Shown here: piece after piece, positions 31,013 to 39,189 of the stretch
How positions within the stretch are numbered: position 1 is the stretch's first letter
Layout: every line of letters begins with the position of its first letter
Source: an uncultured Bacilli bacterium
GTDB taxonomy: Bacteria > Bacillota_I > Bacilli_A > RF39 > UBA660
Assembly (NCBI GenBank): GCA_944373145.1
Contig: CALWAL010000007.1
Location: forward strand, 26,005 to 90,004
Length of the DNA stretch: 64,000 nt
Direction of reading: 5' to 3'
The notes under the pieces: model-generated
The model's database searches: none
The model's input: only the letters and a program-made list of their open reading frames with translations
Told to the model about the DNA's origin: nothing
Made by a program: the position numbers and the translations under genes

Positions 31013-31360
31013 ATGATGAAAGATACAAAGATAGATAGATATATTGATAAATCACTTCTTCCAAAACATCACTATATAACACTAGAACTAGTTAGAAGGA
31101 AGTTTATCAGCAGTGAATCGGATTTTGATTTATACCTGTATGATGCTCTATTTGAAGAATTATTGTTGAGATATGACTTTAAGACAGTTATAGTTGCAAC
31201 AAATTACGTTGCTACGAGAGTTAAACAGCAGCAATTTTGCTCGGAAGATGGAGCCAAGATCGAGAACTTATATGCCTATTTTAGGTCTTCTATTACATTT
31301 AACCTAAGAAAGATTACTAATCAGATAGATTTTGATTGGTTGAATGATGATTATGATTGA
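31013..31360 (+). CDS. Hypothetical protein, possibly resembling a replication-initiator C-terminal domain
   Basis: 115-aa ORF with AAGGTGA RBS and an IENLYAYFRSSI motif. Confidence 0.6.
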   Translation: MMKDTKIDRYIDKSLLPKHHYITLELVRRKFISSESDFDLYLYDALFEELLLRYDFKTVIVATNYVATRVKQQQFCSEDGAKIENLYAYFRSSITFNLRKITNQIDFDWLNDDYD

Positions 31361-31593
31361 TTTCCTTATAGTTTTTCTACCTTTTTTAGGGTTTTTGCAG
31401 CTTTTTTATATATTTTAGTAGAACATCCTATTGTAGAAATGTCCTGCTATTATGAGAAAAATATTACGATTTTGAAACGTCTTGATTTTTGCTTCTTTTC
31501 TCTGTTAGTGGGTATTTCTATTACTTTGTTCGAAAGATTCTTCAAATGGGCAGAGAATGCCGAATCAGGTGGTTATTTGAGAGGAGTTGTACT

Positions 31594-32025
31594 ATGAGAA
31601 CTTGGCTGGTTAAGCTTGAAAGATACGATAAGAACTGGATTACCTTGTATGATGATGCAAATGTATTAACCTATGGAAGAAAGAAACCTTATGTTTTGAA
31701 GAAATCAGCGATGGAAATGGTACAAGAATTGATTAGTGAGTATTCTGCTGATGATTCAACTGCTGATTTTGATCAAGATTGCATTATCAAATGTAATATC
31801 AATCCGAAACTAGTGAGCCATAATCGTTTGTTTTTTAATCAGATGGTGGCAATATTATTTGATTTTAGAAATATTAAGCATCCAGATAGTCGTCTAGGTC
31901 CTATATTAGAGGAAATAGAACGTTTAAGAGCAGATGGAACACTACAAGAGATGATAGACACAGATGGTCAAGATGCTGTTATAGAACAATTAATTATGAA
32001 TTTTAGTGATAGAGATAGCGATTAA
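31594..32025 (+). CDS. Hypothetical protein
   Basis: GAGGAG RBS precedes ATG 31594. A terminator follows. Confidence 0.65.
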   Translation: MRTWLVKLERYDKNWITLYDDANVLTYGRKKPYVLKKSAMEMVQELISEYSADDSTADFDQDCIIKCNINPKLVSHNRLFFNQMVAILFDFRNIKHPDSRLGPILEEIERLRADGTLQEMIDTDGQDAVIEQLIMNFSDRDSD

Positions 32026-32122
32026 TGAGTGATTGCTCTCTTTTTATTTGGTTTTAGAGATGAATTATATGTTTATTTTATCAACTTTTTATGGTACAAC
32101 ATGGTTAGTATGGAGGTAAAAT

Positions 32123-32443
32123 ATGTTTAGACCTAAGACTGATGATGACATTACTGAAGAAGAATTTGTAACGATATTATCACCTTTCGTTGATAAATGT
32201 CATGAATACATAGAGAAGAAACTTATTCCAGTATATGTTGCTTACTATATAGCAGAAGCATACAATACAAGTTCTTTAGAAGAGGATACTTATGATATTT
32301 TCATAAACTCTGCCTTATGTTCATTTAATATTGAACCTGCTAATTATGAAACTATCAAATCTGATACTACAAAGCTGCTAGAGGATGAATATCACTTAAG
32401 AGTAATAAGCGAAGATCCACTAGATTTTGAAAGAATATTCTGA
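32123..32443 (+). CDS. Hypothetical acidic protein
   Basis: GGAGGT RBS, 106 aa. Confidence 0.65.
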   Translation: MFRPKTDDDITEEEFVTILSPFVDKCHEYIEKKLIPVYVAYYIAEAYNTSSLEEDTYDIFINSALCSFNIEPANYETIKSDTTKLLEDEYHLRVISEDPLDFERIF

Positions 32444-32567
32444 TCCTATGTTATTTGACAATAGATGCTTTAGTTGGAATTATAGTTTAAGAATTATTGT
32501 TTATTTCATTTAAATAGCTGTATAATTATTTAAAGCACGTTATTATACAAAGCGGATGGTGATGTAA

Positions 32568-32795
32568 TTGAATAAGCTTATTCTTGAGTTTCCTACATTC
32601 GAAGAGATAAAAGAAGTTTTATCTAAGGAACTACCTGATATCATTGAGATAACATTTAAGAGTCAAGAAAACAATGCTAAAGAGTTTGAAATAATATATT
32701 ATTTGGTTAATTGTACTGATTACTTTTTTGAATCGTTAACGCCAACTGATGATTCACGTACAAACTTTATAGCACACTTTAAAAGGAAGAGTTAA
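32568..32795 (+). CDS. Hypothetical protein
   Basis: 75-aa ORF with TTG start and GGTGA RBS. Its stop lies in a bidirectional terminator (32781-32808). Confidence 0.55.
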   Translation: MNKLILEFPTFEEIKEVLSKELPDIIEITFKSQENNAKEFEIIYYLVNCTDYFFESLTPTDDSRTNFIAHFKRKS

Positions 32796-32824
32796 TTCTC
32801 TTCCTTTTCTATGATTAATAGACT

Positions 32825-33097
32825 TTAATCGATTTTTTTTGTTACGTTACTAGATTCTGGTTCTTCAAATAATTTTGATAACGGTATTCCAAGAACTTTA
32901 GCAAACTTATATGTAGTACCGATACTTGCTGTTTGAAATACTTTTTCAGATTCAAGATTTTTTATGAAACTCAAAGCATACAAACTTTTTTCAGCGAGTT
33001 GTTCTTGTGTCATACCTGCCTCTTTTCTATACTTTTTTAGATTTTTAGCTAATATTGTGTAAGCATAGTTTTCATCAATTTGGTTTTTATTATTCAT
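32825..33097 (-). CDS. XRE-family HTH regulator, divergent from the zinc-ribbon genes
   Basis: LAKNLKKYRKEAGMTQEQLAEKS...FIKNLES...AKVLGIPLSKLF. Confidence 0.88.
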   Translation of the reverse strand: MNNKNQIDENYAYTILAKNLKKYRKEAGMTQEQLAEKSLYALSFIKNLESEKVFQTASIGTTYKFAKVLGIPLSKLFEEPESSNVTKKID

Positions 33098-33277
33098 TTG
33101 TCCCACCCATAACAATTATCTCAATAATAAGTTAAATATTTAGTATGTTGTTCGTAGACTTTTGTGGTATAATAATTATATAGTAAGTTGTTTTCATGGA
33201 AGTAGTTTAATGATTTTGTTTACCGAAATATTTGAAGATAGTAGCTTTTATGAAGAAAGTTAGTGATGGTGATTGAT

Positions 33278-33814
33278 ATGGCATTAATTAAATGTGTTGA
33301 GTGCGGAAAAGAGATTAGTGATACAACCGATATATGCGTTCATTGTGGTGCACCTACTTCTATTTCAACTAAGCGTAACGATAATGTTGTTACTAAATCT
33401 AAGAGGAACAATAAACGTAACATCGTCATTTTTATTGTTGTATGTTTATTAGTTTTTTGTATTGTAATTATTGTTGTACCTTTTTTTATAAACCTTAGAA
33501 ATAAGGATATATTAGCTTCTGATACCTTAGATGCTGAATATTCAGCACCTGAGCTAGAATATATTTATGGGGATGCGATGAGAGTTATATTTGAATTTAA
33601 AGATGATGGAACAGCAATTTATCAACGTTGCAATGCTAAAACTGATGCTTGTGCAGATCCTCATTCATATACTTATAAGAAATACGGATTAGATGTAGAT
33701 ATTTATGGCAGTGGTAATAACCTTTTATATGATTGTTCTTTAAAAGACTCTGGCAAGTTTCTAAATTGCTACGATATGAGTGGTCAATATCAAGATTATG
33801 CAAAGACTAATTAA
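33278..33814 (+). CDS. Zinc-ribbon header protein 1 (single TM plus extracellular domain)
   Basis: MALIKCVECGKEISDTTDICVHCGAP, followed by a TM helix IVIFIVVCLLVFCIVIIVVPFFI. Confidence 0.8.
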   Translation: MALIKCVECGKEISDTTDICVHCGAPTSISTKRNDNVVTKSKRNNKRNIVIFIVVCLLVFCIVIIVVPFFINLRNKDILASDTLDAEYSAPELEYIYGDAMRVIFEFKDDGTAIYQRCNAKTDACADPHSYTYKKYGLDVDIYGSGNNLLYDCSLKDSGKFLNCYDMSGQYQDYAKTN

Positions 33815-33841
33815 TTTAAGAGTAAGAAAGGAAGGAAAATT

Positions 33842-34192
33842 ATGGCACTAATTAAATGTAAAGAATGTGGAAAAGAGATTAGTGATACTGCTAATGAATG
33901 TGTTCATTGTGGATGTCCTTTAGGTAAAGTGAAGTTCTATACTTCTAATAATTGGACAGGTATAGCGAGTAGATATATTATCTCTAATAATAATGGACAA
34001 GTTCTTGCTAAACTAAAAGGTGGCGAAGAATTTGAAATAAATATTGATGAAGATACCAAATTTTATGTTCGATGCAATACTACTCTTAGCAGAAAAAAAC
34101 ATGAAGTTGTAGCATATGCATGTAAGATTAATAAGTTTCTAGTCGAAATAACTTTTATGGGAGCAAGTACTCGTGTATCAGAGATTAATTAA
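33842..34192 (+). CDS. Zinc-ribbon header protein 2 (soluble beta-rich tail)
   Basis: MALIKCKECGKEISDTANECVHCGCP. No TM. Confidence 0.8.
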   Translation: MALIKCKECGKEISDTANECVHCGCPLGKVKFYTSNNWTGIASRYIISNNNGQVLAKLKGGEEFEINIDEDTKFYVRCNTTLSRKKHEVVAYACKINKFLVEITFMGASTRVSEIN

Positions 34193-34212
34193 TATTTTAA
34201 AGGAGGAAAATT

Positions 34213-34665
34213 ATGGCATTAATTAAATGTAAGAGTTGTGGTAAAGAAATTAGCGATAAGTCTACTAAATGTGTTCATTGTGGTTGTGATACTGATTATT
34301 CAATTACATATTTTTGTTCTGAGTGTGGTAAAGAGTTTGATAACATTAAATGTATGAATTGTGGTTATTCTCCTAATAATAAGAAAGATACTACTAATCA
34401 ATCAGCGAATGTTGGTTTTAATTTTAAACCATTATTAATAAGTTTAGCAGTAGGAATTATTACTTTTATTATCATGTCCTATGTTGAAGGGATTTTTATT
34501 GTGGACATATCTGTGTCAATAATACTATTTTTAACTTGTTTGGGAGCTCTAACTGGTTCTTTGGATGATTTTGTTGATACAATGGACGATTTTCATGCAA
34601 GTACAGATAAAGATCCTTATAAAAGAGCTTTGTACAAGGAAATTAAGAAGAATAACAAGAAGTAA
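34213..34665 (+). CDS. Zinc-ribbon header protein 3 (double zinc ribbon plus two TMs)
   Basis: MALIKCKSCGKEISDKSTKCVHCGCD, second ribbon CSECG...CMNCG, then two hydrophobic segments. Confidence 0.8.
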   Translation: MALIKCKSCGKEISDKSTKCVHCGCDTDYSITYFCSECGKEFDNIKCMNCGYSPNNKKDTTNQSANVGFNFKPLLISLAVGIITFIIMSYVEGIFIVDISVSIILFLTCLGALTGSLDDFVDTMDDFHASTDKDPYKRALYKEIKKNNKK

Positions 34666-34721
34666 TTGCTATAAAAGACTATTTACTATGGTACAATATA
34701 CTTAACTGAGGAGGTTCAATT

Positions 34722-35420
34722 ATGACTAAAAAAATTGGAATTAAGAAAATTGAAACTAGTATTCCTTGTGATGTTTTTGTTTCGAGTATAGATGGAATCG
34801 TTGGTGCATCAAAAGGTGTTAATCTAGATGTTTACTTCACTTCTAAGAAAATTTATGAATTAGAAGATACCATGTTTGTTGTACTTGACATGTATGATGG
34901 TACCGGTGAAATGAAAGCTTTATTAGTGGGTAATAGAGATAAAGAATTTACTTCACTAGTTGATGGTATTAAGATTGATGCCGATGTAAGATATAGAATA
35001 AGTGGTAATGTTTCTATACCTTCTGACACTGATGATGTGGAGTTACCTTTTATGAATGATATTAAGAATAATAAGTTGTTTTGTATTTATGCTTTTCAAA
35101 GAAATCCTAAATCAACGTATTGTGAACTAAAACATCTTGCTAGGACAGAGATTGAGAAAGTTCGTGATGGTATAAGTACTGTTCAACAAAGTATTATTGA
35201 TAGTCTTAAGTATGATAAAAGTATTTCTATGGAAGAACTTCATATCATGTATTGTTTTGATGGTGATGGTGGTTTTGATCTAGACATACATCAATTTTAT
35301 GATTTATATGTAAGCCCATTGATAAAGAGTAAAGAAATTAAGGTGTGCAATTTAAAACAATGTTCTAAAGAGAAACCTTTACCAATGCCAGAATTTGAGC
35401 TTATGTATAATTGTAATTAA
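34722..35420 (+). CDS. Hypothetical protein with possible OB-fold
   Basis: GAGGAGG RBS. VLDMYDGTGEMKALL...YRISGNV resembles OB-fold nucleic-acid-binding domains. Confidence 0.6.
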   Translation: MTKKIGIKKIETSIPCDVFVSSIDGIVGASKGVNLDVYFTSKKIYELEDTMFVVLDMYDGTGEMKALLVGNRDKEFTSLVDGIKIDADVRYRISGNVSIPSDTDDVELPFMNDIKNNKLFCIYAFQRNPKSTYCELKHLARTEIEKVRDGISTVQQSIIDSLKYDKSISMEELHIMYCFDGDGGFDLDIHQFYDLYVSPLIKSKEIKVCNLKQCSKEKPLPMPEFELMYNCN

Positions 35421-35486
35421 TAGACAGAGATTAATTCTCTGTTTTTTCTAAAGACGCTGTAATTTTGTTTAATGTATGTTTTAATG

Positions 35487-35678
35487 TAGAAGATGCTACA
35501 TATGCTGTAGTACCTGAAGACAACATCAAGAGGTAGCTCCTCTTGTGAAGATACATGATGTGGTTTGATTCCGGTTAAATCATGGAAGGGTTATAAGTGA
35601 ACGATTGTCCCTAGTGCAGTAAACAAGCGCCGCCATTTAGAACTTTAGCAAGATAGACTTTGTAGTCTGTCTTTTTAT
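35487..35678 (+). ncRNA. Candidate ~190-nt structured non-coding RNA, family unrecognised
   Basis: Possible extended -10 (TGtTTTAAT) upstream, four successive hairpins and an intrinsic terminator AAGATAGACT-ttgt-AGTCTGTCTT-TTT. No ORF. Confidence 0.4.
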
Positions 35679-35831
35679 TTGGCCTAATATGGGTGTAAAC
35701 GAAATCATTTGATTTCTTTTATATTAGAAACTTGTCCAAAATGCGTTGCTTTTTATCTGAATTTAAGTGATTTATATAAACGAAATGTGAAAGATGTTTT
35801 CTTTTACACTTTAGAAAAGAGGTAATTTAAT

Positions 35832-36434
35832 ATGGAAAGCAAAGTATGGGGTTACTGCCGCTGTTCCACCAACGATTCAAAACAAGATGTCAAGTATCAG
35901 ATTGATGCATTAATTGATAAAGGTGTAGATATATCTAATATAAGGTATGAGTATATTTCTGGTAGGAAGGAACATAGACCTGGACTTGATGCACTGTTAG
36001 AAGAAATGAATGAGGGTGATACTTTAATAGTTACTGATATTACTCGTTTGTGTAGGAATACAAAGGTTTTGTGTGAAATAATTGATTTGATTATTGCAAA
36101 GAAATTTAGGCTTATTGTTGGAAGTATTGATATAGATTGTAGGAATGGTAGTTTAGATCCTATGATTGAAGGTATGCTAAAAATTAACGCGGTTTTTGGG
36201 GAGATGGAAGCAAAACTGAAAATACATCAAATCCATTTAGGATTAGCTACAGCTGTTAAGGCTGGTAAGAAGTTAGGACGTCCTAAGTCAACTTATGATG
36301 ATATTCCAAAGGTGTTTATGCAGTATTATCCTAAGTATAAGAATGGAACTCTAAACAAAATGGCTTTTGCTAGAGTTACTCAATTATCGTATCCAACTAT
36401 TTATAAGTACCTAGATATTGTTGAGAATGCTTAG
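35832..36434 (+). CDS. Small serine recombinase (resolvase/invertase family)
   Basis: GYCRCST catalytic motif, EYISG...RPGL, GDTLIVTDITRLCR, GKKLGRP and C-terminal HTH. Confidence 0.93.
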   Translation: MESKVWGYCRCSTNDSKQDVKYQIDALIDKGVDISNIRYEYISGRKEHRPGLDALLEEMNEGDTLIVTDITRLCRNTKVLCEIIDLIIAKKFRLIVGSIDIDCRNGSLDPMIEGMLKINAVFGEMEAKLKIHQIHLGLATAVKAGKKLGRPKSTYDDIPKVFMQYYPKYKNGTLNKMAFARVTQLSYPTIYKYLDIVENA

Positions 36435-36569
36435 TAGTAGTTATTATTAAGAGAACTTTTTGCTAAAGTTTTCTTTTTTTTTGATTAATCTGAGTTTTAT
36501 TCAAAATATTTCGTATAACAGTATAGTTGCTTTTTCCATAATGGGCAACTAGAAAGTAAGGTGATTTGT

Positions 36570-36893
36570 ATGAATTATGGTTATTATGTAAAAGGAAGAA
36601 GTGAGATGGAAAATTGGGATACTTATTATGATGTGTATTGTTATGTCCCAGATGACGAGAAAATCTTTTGCGACGAAATAGGCAGTAGTAAAAATTTGGA
36701 TTATCTTCTTGATATTATGGGAGAAGGTGATAGCCTTCATCTCACTAATCTCTTTGATTTAGGAAGAAGTTGGGATAAGGTTATTAAGGCTTTGTACATT
36801 CTTAATGATAATAATATTAGATTGTTTGTTATGAACGATGAGGTTAATCTTGATGATGTAATATATGTAATTACAGGTGCCGAAGTAGCTTAA
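36570..36893 (+). CDS. Degenerate resolvase-like protein lacking the catalytic YxRxS motif and the HTH
   Basis: IFCDE...LDYLLDIMGEGDSLHLTNLFDLGRS...IRLFV matches the resolvase core. The N-terminus reads MNYGYYVKGRS. AAGGTGA RBS precedes ATG 36570. Confidence 0.65.
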   Translation: MNYGYYVKGRSEMENWDTYYDVYCYVPDDEKIFCDEIGSSKNLDYLLDIMGEGDSLHLTNLFDLGRSWDKVIKALYILNDNNIRLFVMNDEVNLDDVIYVITGAEVA

Positions 36894-36923
36894 TAAGCTA
36901 CTTTTTTAATGTTTGATTTTTAT

Positions 36924-36942
36924 TCCCAAGTAGGACTAGGGA
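36924..36942. promoter_or_regulatory. Operator-like palindrome, copy 2
   Basis: TCCCAAGTaggACTAGGGA, upstream of the microprotein-integrase genes. Confidence 0.6.
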
Positions 36943-37145
36943 GAATTTTCACACTATTGTCTGGTAAGGATGTACGTATGTCTTTTAGTGAGAATATTTA
37001 TGTATTAATGCTTGATAATTCGCTGTTTTTATAAGGTTTTTAGCACTTTTTTCAACTTTTTGCATTTAAAATTGCGAAACGCCTGACACAAATCGTAACA
37101 ACTAACAAGCTCGTTTGAGAGTTTTGGAAAGTGTGGTGGATTATT

Positions 37146-37307
37146 GTGTCTAATAGGATTGATTTCAAACTTAGTGATTCAAATAAGAAAATACTTAATA
37201 TGAATCTTGCTGTTGAGATTATTAGAAACTTATTATTTGTAAATGAAGTTATAACTTCAGAAGAGTTTCAAAATGTTATTAAGTGTGCTAATCGTAGTGT
37301 CAAATGA
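37146..37307 (+). CDS. 53-aa SHOCT-like microprotein upstream of the integrase (absent from the ORF track)
   Basis: GTG start behind GGTGGA. Sequence is MSNRIDFKLSDSNKKILNMNLAVEIIRNLLFVNEVITSEEFQNVIKCANRSVK*. Confidence 0.55.
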   Translation: MSNRIDFKLSDSNKKILNMNLAVEIIRNLLFVNEVITSEEFQNVIKCANRSVK

Positions 37308-37351
37308 TTGTATAAAAGATATTAAGATTAAAATAGAGGTGAGAAATTATT

Positions 37352-39079
37352 ATGGATTCAATATGTTTTTATGCTCGTGTTTCCACGAAGCATGAATCTC
37401 AATTATATTCTTTTGAGAACCAAGTTCAATTATATGATATGTTTTTAGTAGAGCATTCTCATGAGAATTGGGAAGTATATGATAGATATTTTGACAAAGG
37501 TATAACAGGTACTTCGATGAAAAAGCGTAAGGGTTTTTTAAGGATGATAGATGATGCTAAACGTGGTTGCTTTAATACTATTATAACCCGTGAGGCTTCT
37601 CGTTTTGCAAGAAATGTTCAAGATACTCTTAATGTTTCAATTGATCTTGTTGAGAGAGGTATTAGACTTATTTTTATTGAAGATAAGCTAGATACAAAAC
37701 AAGATGAAGATTGGAAAAGTAGATTAACACAACTTGCTATTGATGCTGAAAAGCATTCAAAAACACAATCAGTCAACGCTAAAGCAGGTCAAAAAATATC
37801 TAGAGCGAAACATGTATTATATGGTAATGGGAATGTATTAGGTTATGATAGAGTAGGAAAGGAATATGTCATTAATGCTGAGCAAGCTAAGGTTGTTAGA
37901 TTGATTTTTGATATGTGTTTACGTGGAAGCGGAAGTAGAGATATTCAATACGAACTAGAGAAGAAAAACTATCTTACATCAACCGGTTTAGAGAACTGGA
38001 ACGTTGCAACCATCACAAGAATACTTCGTAACTCGATATATTGTGGTACTGTTGTTTACAATAAAAGTTATAGTAGTGATTATTTACATCAAAAGCGTAT
38101 TCTTAATAAAGGAGAAGTAGAGCAACTCGTTGTAGAAGATAGAGTTCCGGCAATTGTTTCTAAAGAAGATTTTGCTAGAGCACAGGAGATACTTGATAGC
38201 CATAAAACTAATAATAAAGGTGTAGTGACTACGGTTGGGAAACCACCGACTACTATCTTTGGGAAGAAACTCAAATGTAGTTGTGGATATAGTATGCAGA
38301 AAAAGAAATATCATACATATAAGGATGGACATACTGCCTATTGTTATCAATGCTATGACCAAGTAAATAGAGGCTCTTTTACCTCTAGAAAGAAACACGG
38401 TGTAAGTGTTGAAGGTGTTTGTGATACAAAAATAATTCCAGATTGGAAATTGAAATTAGCATCCTATACTATATTTGATATGTTAATTGATAGAAGAGAG
38501 GATATTATCGATATTATAGATAAACTACTAGAATCAGCGGTTGATGATGATAAAAATCTTCTATGTAGTGAGCAGGAGTTTTATGAAAAAGAAATAGAAG
38601 CCTTGAAGAGAAGGATATCTAAGTTAATGGATTTATATACTAATGAATATATAACTCTGAATGAGTTTAACGAAAAGAAGAAAGAAATAGATACCACAAT
38701 GAATGAATATAATGCTAAACTAAACAAACTTATAACTAATAAGTGTATAACTCCAAAAACAATTAGTGAACGTTTAGCTGAATGTAAAGATATAATTACT
38801 AATAGTTTTATGAATTATAAAGATGGAACTACATATGAGTTGTTAGTAGATTCTTTTGTTGATAGAATTATTGTAAGTAATGATAAGCTTGAATGGCATA
38901 TGAGATTAACAAAAGAAATTAAAATGCCGCTTGATGATGTTATAAGAGAGAAAGAAGTGTTTATAGGTACATTATCACTTACTAAAGATGACGCTACATA
39001 TTATTCTAAGTATTGCAATGATTTATCTAGAGTATGCTTTGATAAAGCATTGCTGGTTGATATATATCTTATGTTCTGA
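37352..39079 (+). CDS. Large serine recombinase (integrase)
   Basis: FYARVST...Q, YFDKGITGT, REASRFAR, LGYDR, recombinase domain (ILRNSIYCG), zinc ribbon (KCSCG...YCYQC) and coiled coil. Confidence 0.95.
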   Translation: MDSICFYARVSTKHESQLYSFENQVQLYDMFLVEHSHENWEVYDRYFDKGITGTSMKKRKGFLRMIDDAKRGCFNTIITREASRFARNVQDTLNVSIDLVERGIRLIFIEDKLDTKQDEDWKSRLTQLAIDAEKHSKTQSVNAKAGQKISRAKHVLYGNGNVLGYDRVGKEYVINAEQAKVVRLIFDMCLRGSGSRDIQYELEKKNYLTSTGLENWNVATITRILRNSIYCGTVVYNKSYSSDYLHQKRILNKGEVEQLVVEDRVPAIVSKEDFARAQEILDSHKTNNKGVVTTVGKPPTTIFGKKLKCSCGYSMQKKKYHTYKDGHTAYCYQCYDQVNRGSFTSRKKHGVSVEGVCDTKIIPDWKLKLASYTIFDMLIDRREDIIDIIDKLLESAVDDDKNLLCSEQEFYEKEIEALKRRISKLMDLYTNEYITLNEFNEKKKEIDTTMNEYNAKLNKLITNKCITPKTISERLAECKDIITNSFMNYKDGTTYELLVDSFVDRIIVSNDKLEWHMRLTKEIKMPLDDVIREKEVFIGTLSLTKDDATYYSKYCNDLSRVCFDKALLVDIYLMF

Positions 39080-39181
39080 CAACTAAGTAATACACTTAGT
39101 TGTTTTTATGTTATAATAATGTAGTAATATTTAGATGTAGTCTGATATGTGATATATCTTCCTCTTATATCCTACAACCGT

Positions 39182-39189
39182 ACAAGCTG
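39182..39189 (+). other. attR core of the large element, which is also the left core of the relic island
   Basis: ACAAGCTG, followed in frame by AIKEKNNK* (stop 39213-39215) and a terminator at 39230-39262. Confidence 0.8.

Larger units (their letters stand above)
25641..39189. mobile_element. ~13.5 kb integrative element using a large serine recombinase, inserted in the ppdK 3' end
   Basis: Bounded by att cores. The LSR gene lies about 100 bp inside the right end. Cargo is typical of mobile DNA (XRE, ParB, N6-MTase, resolvase). Confidence 0.88.

Noticed and set aside
35513-35552. CTGAAGA (hammerhead-like) and ATCAAGAG (SAM-I-like) words in the candidate RNA
   Set aside because: The hammerhead GAAA and stem geometry, and the SAM-I kink-turn, pseudoknot and GCAACC elements, are absent.
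35561-35634. GGTTTGATTCC and terminal CGCCGCCA suggesting a tRNA
   Set aside because: No acceptor stem or cloverleaf can be built, and the spacing to CCA is wrong.
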